Shown: in pieces, positions 18,688 to 25,933 of the stretch | How the letters are laid out: the number at the start of each line of letters is the position of its first letter | Position numbering within the stretch: position 1 is the stretch's first letter | DNA from: an uncultured Alphaproteobacteria bacterium | GTDB lineage: Bacteria > Pseudomonadota > Alphaproteobacteria > Rs-D84 | Assembly: GCA_944389235.1 (NCBI GenBank) | Contig: CALXLO010000002.1 | Span: forward strand, 54,327 to 118,326 | DNA: 64,000 nucleotides | Reading direction: 5' to 3' | Translations under genes and position numbers: made by a program | Notes under the pieces: model-generated | Seen by the model: only the letters and a program-made list of their open reading frames with translations | What the model was told of the DNA's origin: nothing | Database searches by the model: none

Positions 18688-20742
18688 TTTTACAACCAAA
18701 TCTTTGCCTTGGACATCAACGAAAACGGTACCGCCTTCGCCAATTTGTCCAGATAAAATCAAATCTGCGATTTTATCTTCGACCGCCGATGTGATTAACC
18801 GCTTTAACGGTCGTGCACCAAATACAGGGTCGTATCCATTATCGCCCAACCACTTAATGGCTTTGTCTGATACTTCTATACTTATGCGCCGTTCTGCCAA
18901 GCGTTTTTCCAGATTATGTAATTGAATCTTGACAATACCGGCCATAACATCTTTGCCCAATGGGTTAAAGAACACGATTTCGTCAATACGGTTTATAAAT
19001 TCTGGACGAAAACTTTTCTTTACCGCATCCATATCTGGCAAATTGCTGGTCATTATTATAATTGTGTTTGTAAAGTTCACAATATGACCTTGACCATCGG
19101 TTAGTCTGCCGTCGTCCAAAATTTGCAAGAACACATTAAATACATCTGGGTTTGCTTTTTCAATTTCATCAAACAGCAAAACTTGATACGGGCGGCGACG
19201 CACACTTTCGGTCAGCACACCGCCTTGTTCATAGCCGACATATCCGGGGGGGCTGCCGATTAAGCGCGAAACAGAATGTGGTTCCATATATTCACTCATA
19301 TCAATACGGGTCATTGCTGTATCGTCATTGAATAAATATTCTGCTAATGCCTTGGCGACTTCGGTCTTGCCGACACCAGTTGGTCCCAAGAACATGAAAC
19401 TGCCGGCTGGACGATGCGGGTCGGATAATCCTGCACGACTGCGCCGAATCGCGCGCGCCACCACGGTTAAGGCATGGTCTTGACCGACAACCCGTTTACG
19501 CAATTCGTCTTCTATATTTAACAGTTTTGATTGTTCTTCTATGCTTAATTTATCAGCCGGGACACCGGTCCATTTGCTGACAACGGCGGCAATATGTTCT
19601 GGCAAAACTGTTTTATATTCTTTTGATTCCGCGTTCATCTGGCGTATTTGTTCTTCTAATTCAGGAATCTTGCCATATTGTAATGCGGATGCTTTTTCGT
19701 AATCGCCATTACGCATGGCACTGGCGACTTCGGCCTTGGCAGCATCCAGTGCCGCCATTGCATCAGACAGTGCGCGCATTTTTGATTGTTCTTCACGCCA
19801 CAGGGCAGTCAGTTTTTCTGATTCTGCGGATGTTTCTTTGATTACAGCATCCAGTTCTTTTAGGCGTTTCTTTGAATCTTCGTCTTTTTCTTTTTTTAAC
19901 GCCTGTTGTTCTATTTTTAATTGCATCAAGTGTCGGTCTATCTCGTCCAACTTTTCTGGTTTAGATGCAACCTCAATACGAACGCGGGCGGCGGCTTCAT
20001 CAATCAAGTCAATTGCTTTGTCTGGTAAAAATCTGTCTGTAATATAACGGTTAGACAATTTTACCGCTGATACCAACGCCGCATCAGAAATACGCACACC
20101 ATGGTGGCCTTCGTATTTTTCTTTTAGACCACGCAATATGGATATAGTATCGTCAACAGATGGTTCGTCGACATAGACTGGTTGAAAACGACGCGCCAAT
20201 GCTGGGTCTTTTTCAATATATTGGCGATATTCATCCAATGTTGTTGCGCCCAAACAGTGCAGTTCACCGCGTGCCAACATAGGCTTGATTAAATTACCGG
20301 CATCCATAGAGCCTTCGCCTTTGCCGGCACCAACCAATGTATGCAGTTCATCAATGAACAATATTATCTGACCATCAGAATCTTTGACGGCTTTTAATAT
20401 TGCTTTGAAACGACCTTCGAATTGACCGCGGAACATTGCGCCCGCCATCAGTGCGCCCATATCCAGCGATAATAATTTTTTCTTTAATAAATTTTCTGGT
20501 ACATCGCCAGACACGATTCGTTCTGCCAAACCTTCGACTATTGCGGTTTTACCAACACCCGGATTGCCAATCAGCACCGGATTATTTTTTGTTCGCCGTG
20601 ATAATACCTGGATTGTGCGCCGTATTTCTTCATCGCGCCCGATAACCGGGTCCAACTTGCCATCGGCGGCCAATTTAGTAAAATCAGTCGTATATTTTGC
20701 GATTGCCTGTTCTGGCGTTTCCTGCATTTCTTCTGGATTCAT
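18685..20742 (-). CDS. clpB: ClpB-type AAA+ disaggregase lacking the N-terminal domain (685 aa)
   Basis: Starts near ...[45 protein letters not shown]. Contains the coiled-coil M-domain and a second NBD (GPTGVGKTE). No N-domain ORF lies upstream before rpmB. Confidence 0.85.
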   Translation of the reverse strand: MNPEEMQETPEQAIAKYTTDFTKLAADGKLDPVIGRDEEIRRTIQVLSRRTKNNPVLIGNPGVGKTAIVEGLAERIVSGDVPENLLKKKLLSLDMGALMAGAMFRGQFEGRFKAILKAVKDSDGQIILFIDELHTLVGAGKGEGSMDAGNLIKPMLARGELHCLGATTLDEYRQYIEKDPALARRFQPVYVDEPSVDDTISILRGLKEKYEGHHGVRISDAALVSAVKLSNRYITDRFLPDKAIDLIDEAAARVRIEVASKPEKLDEIDRHLMQLKIEQQALKKEKDEDSKKRLKELDAVIKETSAESEKLTALWREEQSKMRALSDAMAALDAAKAEVASAMRNGDYEKASALQYGKIPELEEQIRQMNAESKEYKTVLPEHIAAVVSKWTGVPADKLSIEEQSKLLNIEDELRKRVVGQDHALTVVARAIRRSRAGLSDPHRPAGSFMFLGPTGVGKTEVAKALAEYLFNDDTAMTRIDMSEYMEPHSVSRLIGSPPGYVGYEQGGVLTESVRRRPYQVLLFDEIEKANPDVFNVFLQILDDGRLTDGQGHIVNFTNTIIIMTSNLPDMDAVKKSFRPEFINRIDEIVFFNPLGKDVMAGIVKIQLHNLEKRLAERRISIEVSDKAIKWLGDNGYDPVFGARPLKRLITSAVEDKIADLILSGQIGEGGTVFVDVQGKDLVVK

Positions 20743-20773
20743 GTTAAAGTTTCCTCTTTATTTTTACTTTTTC

Positions 20774-20804
20774 TATATATAGTATCATATTTCGCTTTTT
20801 CAAG
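20774..20804 (-). promoter_or_regulatory. Possible heat-shock (RpoH-like) promoter for clpB
   Basis: The minus strand reads cttgaaa-N16-ctatatat about 40 nt upstream of the clpB ATG. It only loosely fits sigma-32-type consensus. Confidence 0.3.
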
Positions 20805-20916
20805 GTACAGGAAACAAAACATTGATTTATCATAAATTGGGTGCAAATATAAAACAATCCTTGACTTTTATTGATTTTTATTATAAATTATGCCCCAGTT
20901 ATCAAAGGATTATAAT

Positions 20917-21291
20917 ATGCCACGCGTATGTAAAGTAACAGGCAAGAAAACACAAGTTGGGATGAATGTATCCCATTCTGAACGCCATACCAAGCGGACA
21001 TTCTTGCCGAATTTGCAAAAATTAAAATTTCACAGCGATATTTTGAATCGCGATTTTTCACTGCGTATTTCAACGGCTGGTTTGCGTACATTGACCAAAC
21101 ACGGCGGGCTGGATGCGTATGTTATGTCAAAATCGCCGTCGCGCTTGACCCCAGAAATGGCGGCAATTAAAAAGGCGATTAATAAAAAAATTGGTCCGGC
21201 AGAAAAACCGACAAAAAAACCAGCACACAAAGCAAATCGCAGTGCGCGTTTGGTTAAAAAGGTTGAAACACGCCAGGCAGCAACAAAATAA
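20917..21291 (+). CDS. rpmB: 50S ribosomal protein L28 with a long basic C-terminal extension
   Basis: MPRVCKVTGKKTQVGMNVSHSERHTKRTFLPNLQ... Start set at the internal ATG 20917. Confidence 0.9.
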   Translation: MPRVCKVTGKKTQVGMNVSHSERHTKRTFLPNLQKLKFHSDILNRDFSLRISTAGLRTLTKHGGLDAYVMSKSPSRLTPEMAAIKKAINKKIGPAEKPTKKPAHKANRSARLVKKVETRQAATK

Positions 21292-21310
21292 TCTTGTTGC
21301 ATTTGGTTTT

Positions 21311-21395
21311 GGCCCCGTGGCGGAATTGGTAGACGCGCTTGACTCAAAATCAAGTTCCGCAAGGAGTGTCGGTTCAAGTCCGACCAGGGCCACCA
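21311..21395 (+). tRNA. tRNA-Leu (anticodon CAA), CCA encoded
   Basis: Type II cloverleaf folded by hand. Anticodon arm cttga-ctCAAaa-tcaag, long variable arm, T arm gtcgg-ttcaagt-ccgac, discriminator A. Confidence 0.85.
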
Positions 21396-21400
21396 GAAAT

Positions 21401-21428
21401 AAAACATCTGTCATTTGACAGATGTTTT
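21401..21428 (+). terminator. Terminator after tRNA-Leu
   Basis: aaaacatctgtca-ttt-gacagatgtttt. Confidence 0.8.
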
Positions 21429-21513
21429 TTATATTTGAATATAAACCTGTATACCGCACAAAATTGTAAATATCTGACTGTGTCTATTCCGCGAAAAGTA
21501 TTTGATGAATATT

Positions 21514-21633
21514 GAATCTAAACCACCCTTTAGATTCGGCACCTTTTGAGATTAAAACAGTCCAAAAATCCAGGTTTTTTTATTTTAATTTATGCCGAAT
21601 CTAAAGGGTGGTTTAGATTCGGCATGTTTTTTT
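21514..21633 (+). repeat. Pair of hairpins with identical stems and complementary loops; the second is followed by a T-run
   Basis: gaatctaaa-CCACCC-tttagattcggca (21514..21541) and tgccgaatctaaa-GGGTGG-tttagattcggca (21593..21624), then tgttttttt. Confidence 0.7.
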
Positions 21634-21810
21634 GCGTTGCATGGTGCAGAAATCTGATAAAAATCATGATTTTTGCTATTATATAATATTACTTTATTCA
21701 ATATATACAATATAAAAATTTAGCGGCGTGTGCCAGATGCAAAAATGGCGACAAAATTTTATACATAAAACCGATAGATTTTGAAAAGTAAAATATATAT
21801 AATAATAATT

Positions 21811-22006
21811 GCAGTGGTGTGTTGCCACTGTGGGGGTCATAGCTCGATACCAAGCATCATGCGGATGTAAAACGAAACTCCAACCAATGTGGGTTGGAGG
21901 TGGCTTTGAATATATTGAATAAAAGCCACAATTCTTGGTAATTGCTATGAACCTCCAACCACCTGAATGTTTCCGGTGGTTTTTTGTTGTAAAACGGGGG
22001 GTAAAG
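21811..22006 (+). ncRNA. Structured leader RNA / sRNA, copy B, upstream of the disrupted Cys-rich gene
   Basis: A tataat-like -10 sits just upstream. Hairpin cagtgg-tgtgttg-ccactg; P1 ctccaacc (21878..21885)/ggttggag (21892..21899); hairpin gtggcttt-gaatatattgaataa-aagccac; hairpin caatt/aattg; cctccaacc (21952..21960) overlapping the terminator aaccacc/ggtggtt+T-run. SD ggggggtaaag precedes the ATG at 22007. Confidence 0.6.
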
Positions 22007-22963
22007 ATGAAAACGCAAAGCATAGCAACAAGCATGCTGATGTCAATCGGTGTTGTACTGCTATTGCTGTGGAATGTTCACCTGGGTATTATGTTTCCGG
22101 CAACAGTTGCATGGATTGTGGCAATGGCTATTATTGTCCTGATGGTATTAACAGAATATCATGTAAAGATACTGTAAAGCCGGGCTCGCCAGAACCAAAT
22201 GCGATTCAATCAATTTCAAATGGCAGTTGGGCTGACAATAATCATGCAGTCAGCGAATGGGATTGTGTATGTGATTGGGAATTTGAAGATGAAACCAGAA
22301 TAAAATATTTGAATGAAGGCGCGTGTCCAACTGGACCTTGGGAACCTGATTATACCTATTATTACTGGTGTCGCACCGGATATTATGCCAACGACCCTTT
22401 GCATAGAGGTGATTGGTATTCCAGTTGTTCGCCATGTACCAATGGACCCGAAAATTCAATATATACAGGTTATTCAACCCCATCGGTTATGTATGCTGTG
22501 GAAAGTAATTGTCCGTGGCAATGTAATGCAGGATATTATCGTGATGGTAATATTTGTATGGGTTGCCCTGAAACGCATCCAAATTCTGCCACCGGCAGTG
22601 ATAATATAAATCACTGCTATGCAATATGTAATAATAATAAAATAGCATATTATGATAACAATTGTACCTATCCGATTGAATGTACGCAGGGGTATTATTT
22701 ACCTGCAAACAGCCAGCAGTGTACACAGTGTCCGAAAAATTCATATTGCCCTGGGGGAACATTTAACCCAACAAACACAGATTCTGGGATAACACAATGC
22801 CCAGATAATATGTATTCGCCGCTGGGTTCTGATAGCGCAGATGATTGGTATATTACATATTGGCGAATATGTTTTATATCTGCGCACTGCAAAATTAACC
22901 AGTCCGGCATTACATGTGAAAATAGGCGATGTTATATATTACGGTGATATGTTTCCTGCATAA
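22007..22963 (+). pseudogene. Paralogue of 7984..8562 (CxxCP...Y Cys-rich repeat protein), apparently disrupted by two frameshifts
   Basis: The conserved SD+ATG (22007) opens a signal-peptide frame (MKTQSIATSMLMSIGVVLLLL) that stops at 22177. The Cys-rich body is in another frame (ORF 21967..22947). Five nt are missing near 22849 relative to copy 1 (gattgcggtcgtata vs gattggtata), which puts the conserved tail ...ILHIGEYVLYLRTAKLTSPALHVKIGDVIYYGDMFPA out of frame. Confidence 0.55.
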
Positions 22964-22995
22964 CATCACCACCTGGGGGGGCACCGCGCTGGTAA

Positions 22996-23025
22996 ATAAA
23001 AATCGCCCATTTGGGCGATTGATTA
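22996..23025. terminator. Bidirectional terminator, part of the repeat shared with 7927..7955
   Basis: aaaaatcgccca-tt-tgggcgatt. Confidence 0.7.
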
Positions 23026-24834
23026 ATTTTCTTGTTTTTTCTTTGGTTTGAATTGAATATCGCGCAGTTTTTTATATTCGCCATTTAATGCAACCAATTC
23101 TGCGTCTGTACCGCGTTCAATTATTTGACCGTCTTTGACAACACATATTATGTCTGCGTCTAAAATAGTTGACAAGCGGTGTGCAATAACAAATGTTGTA
23201 CGACCCTTCATCAAATCTTTTAATGCAGATTGGATTAATTTTTCACTTTGTGTATCCAATGCAGATGTTGCTTCGTCCAGCAGTAAAATTGGCGAATTTT
23301 TTAATATCGCACGCGCTATGGCAATGCGTTGTTTTTGCCCACCAGACAGCAATGCACCACCTTCGCCGACCTTGGATTTATATTTACGCGGAAAAGACAT
23401 AATAAAATCATGTGCATTTGCAGCGCGCGCGGCGGCTTCGACATCAGCGTCTGTTGCGTTAGGTGAACCGTATCTGATGTTTTCTTCTATGGTGCCGTTA
23501 AACAAGAATACATCTTGGGAAACTTCTGCTATATTACGACGCAGGGAACGCAATGTATAATTCTTTATGTCTGTGTTATTGATTTCAACATGACCAGTTT
23601 TGGGGTCATAAAAGCGTTCTATTAAATTAAACATTGTTGTTTTTCCACCACCAGATGGTCCAACCAATGCGCAAACTTGTCCCGCTGGGACATACAAATC
23701 TATGTCTGTTAATACAGGCTCGTTCTCATTGTATTCAAATGATACATGATTAAATTTCACAGACATTGGACCAGTTTGCAGTTCGCGTGCCTTGGGCGAA
23801 TCAACAATATCGGGTTTGCTGTCCAAGAAATCAAATAATACTTCGGCGGCCAACAAGCCATGTTGAATTGTATTGCTGGTTCCGGTAATATTGCGGGCTG
23901 GCTTATATGCTGCCGTCAATGCCAACAAGAACGCTGTAAAATCACCCGTTGTAATAGACCCAGAAACAATCAAATGTCCGCCAATTATTAATGCCAAGCA
24001 TAAACCAATTGAAATCATTAATTCCAATAATGGTGATTGCAATGAAAATGCCTGGGTTCCTTTGTATGAATTAATCATAGAATTGTTCAATACATGACGA
24101 AAACGGTTTGTTTCAACTTCTTCGGTGGCAAAAGACTGAATCGTTTTTATGCCGCGTAATGTTTGATTCAGGTGTTGTGATACATCGTTTGCGATACCAA
24201 ATGACTGGCGTGATAATTTGCGCCCACGACGCATAATCAGCACCATCGGTACCAATATCGCCGGTACCAAGAATAATAATACAGCACACATTTGCGGGGC
24301 ATAATAGAACATTAATCCGACGGTCATTGATAATGTAGCAATTTGTTGTACCGTGCTGATAAGTGTACCAGTTATCAAGTTCAATACCGCGCCGGCCTGG
24401 ACACCAAAATAATTCAAATGTTTGCCGATTCCGTCGCCATAGAATCTGGATATGTTCATTTTAACCATGTGGTTATAAATTCGCTGCTGTAAATCGGCAC
24501 TGGCACGCAATCCGGCTTTGGCCATAATTAATGAACGGGCGTAATTGAATGCACCCTTGAACCCGAACGCAGCAATAACCTGTAACCCAAAGAAATATAT
24601 GTTTTGCAGGCTTTTTTCAATAAAAGCCTTGTCAACGACCTGTTGCACCAGGGTGATTGTGTACGCTTCGGCGGCAGATGCACCAATTGTTGCGATAACA
24701 CCCGCCAGCAACCATTTCCATTGTGGTTTACCGATTTCGCGCCAAACGCGCGCATACAGCGACCATTTTATGCGAACATTGGTTTCGTCGCCCTTGATAA
24801 GTTTTTTTATTTGTTTTTTTAATTTTTTCCACAT
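23023..24834 (-). CDS. ABC transporter, fused permease/ATPase (MsbA/ABCB-like exporter)
   Basis: Six-TM N-terminal half, then Walker A GPSGGGKTT, signature LSGGQKQRIAIARA and Walker B ILLLDEATSALD. Confidence 0.9.
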   Translation of the reverse strand: MWKKLKKQIKKLIKGDETNVRIKWSLYARVWREIGKPQWKWLLAGVIATIGASAAEAYTITLVQQVVDKAFIEKSLQNIYFFGLQVIAAFGFKGAFNYARSLIMAKAGLRASADLQQRIYNHMVKMNISRFYGDGIGKHLNYFGVQAGAVLNLITGTLISTVQQIATLSMTVGLMFYYAPQMCAVLLFLVPAILVPMVLIMRRGRKLSRQSFGIANDVSQHLNQTLRGIKTIQSFATEEVETNRFRHVLNNSMINSYKGTQAFSLQSPLLELMISIGLCLALIIGGHLIVSGSITTGDFTAFLLALTAAYKPARNITGTSNTIQHGLLAAEVLFDFLDSKPDIVDSPKARELQTGPMSVKFNHVSFEYNENEPVLTDIDLYVPAGQVCALVGPSGGGKTTMFNLIERFYDPKTGHVEINNTDIKNYTLRSLRRNIAEVSQDVFLFNGTIEENIRYGSPNATDADVEAAARAANAHDFIMSFPRKYKSKVGEGGALLSGGQKQRIAIARAILKNSPILLLDEATSALDTQSEKLIQSALKDLMKGRTTFVIAHRLSTILDADIICVVKDGQIIERGTDAELVALNGEYKKLRDIQFKPKKKQEN

Positions 24835-24969
24835 AACGATGTATTATATATGGTATAAAAAGACCTGTCCAGAAAAAGATATAAATCATAAATTTTTATT
24901 TTTAATTTGACAATATGATGAAAAGTGTATAAAATTCGCTGGCTTGATACAAAAGCAAGGTAAAGTTTT

Positions 24970-25045
24970 GGGGTTGTAGCTCAGTTGGTAGAGCACCTGC
25001 TTTGCAAGCAGGGGGTCGTCAGTTCGAGTCTGATCAGCTCCACCA
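24970..25045 (+). tRNA. tRNA-Ala (anticodon TGC), CCA encoded
   Basis: ggggttgtagctcagttggtagagcacctgctttgcaagcagggggtcgtcagttcgagtctgatcagctccacca. G3:U70 is present. Anticodon loop ttTGCaa. Confidence 0.9.
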
Positions 25046-25078
25046 AAAATATAAAATGCGTAAAGGGGGTGAATATCG

Positions 25079-25285
25079 ATGGTAAAAGTTCTGGTTCGCG
25101 ATAATAATGTTGAACAGGCACTGCGTGTCGCAAAACGCAAATCGCAAAAAGAAGGTCTGTACCGCGAAATGAAAGAACGCCAGCGTTATGAAAAACCAAC
25201 CACTAAACGCAAGCGTTTGAAAGAAGAAGCCATACGCAATGAAAAAAAGCGTCAATCTAAACAAAGAATGGTTTTCGGATTCTAA
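25079..25285 (+). CDS. rpsU: 30S ribosomal protein S21
   Basis: [46 protein letters not shown]... Confidence 0.9.
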   Translation: MVKVLVRDNNVEQALRVAKRKSQKEGLYREMKERQRYEKPTTKRKRLKEEAIRNEKKRQSKQRMVFGF

Positions 25286-25297
25286 AAAAATGGTATG

Positions 25298-25328
25298 AAA
25301 AAAATCCCGCAGGTTGCGGGATTTTTTT
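25298..25328 (+). terminator. Terminator after rpsU
   Basis: aaaaaaatcccgc-aggtt-gcgggattttttt. Confidence 0.8.
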
Positions 25329-25388
25329 ATTATTATATTTATGTAAAAAAGTGATATAATTCATATGTGTTTATATAAAAAGGATGAT

Positions 25389-25910
25389 ATGATGCCTAAA
25401 ACAAAAAAAATCCAAACAAAAAAATCTGTTAAACCAAAAGTTGCGCGTAAACCCCAGGTGCCGCAAGATAGTGTCAAATATACAAATATGTTTTATGCCT
25501 ATGCTGCATTTTGGCGGCGCGGTTTTTCTGAATGGGCGGGTACATCGTCGCGGTCGGAATATTGGTGGTCTTGTTTCGTAAATAGTATATTGGGCTGTTT
25601 ATGGTTTTTGGCGTTTACCGTCGCCGGCGTGACATACACCCCGTATGGATATGATTTTGTATTTAATGGCGGAATAATGTTGTTAATTTTTGTGCTGTTT
25701 ATATATGGTATAGCGGCGATAATTCCGTCTTTATCAATGAATGTGCGGCGTTTGCATGACGCAGGATTAAGTGCGTGGTGGATGTTATTGTTAATACCAA
25801 TGGCAATGCCAGGAATCAGTTTTGTTGCCAGTATTATAATGTTAGTATTTTGTTTATTACCCACCAAGACAGATGGAAATCCGTATCATAAATTTAATAA
25901 GCAGCAATAA
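25389..25910 (+). CDS. DUF805-family inner-membrane protein
   Basis: ...FSEWAGTSSRSEYWWSCFVNSILG...RRLHDAGLSAWWMLL... is the characteristic DUF805 pattern, with a K-rich N-terminal tail. Confidence 0.75.
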   Translation: MMPKTKKIQTKKSVKPKVARKPQVPQDSVKYTNMFYAYAAFWRRGFSEWAGTSSRSEYWWSCFVNSILGCLWFLAFTVAGVTYTPYGYDFVFNGGIMLLIFVLFIYGIAAIIPSLSMNVRRLHDAGLSAWWMLLLIPMAMPGISFVASIIMLVFCLLPTKTDGNPYHKFNKQQ

Positions 25911-25912
25911 AA

Positions 25913-25931
25913 AATCCGGCATAGCCGGATT
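25913..25931. terminator. Bidirectional terminator between the DUF805 gene and polA
   Basis: aatccggc-ata-gccggatt with A and T flanks. Confidence 0.75.
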
Positions 25932-25933
25932 TT

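Noticed and set aside
21812-21830. The gccactg string in the first hairpin of leader copy B as a cobalamin-riboswitch core
   Set aside because: Only the 7-mer matches. No B12 box or surrounding cobalamin-riboswitch architecture is present, the other two copies lack the string, and the stem simply covaries.
21935-22177. 80-aa ORF (MVIAMNLQPPECF...MKTQSIATS...) as an independent small membrane protein
   Set aside because: Its 5' part overlaps the leader RNA terminator. From the conserved SD+ATG at 22007 it is the signal-peptide frame of the disrupted Cys-rich paralogue.
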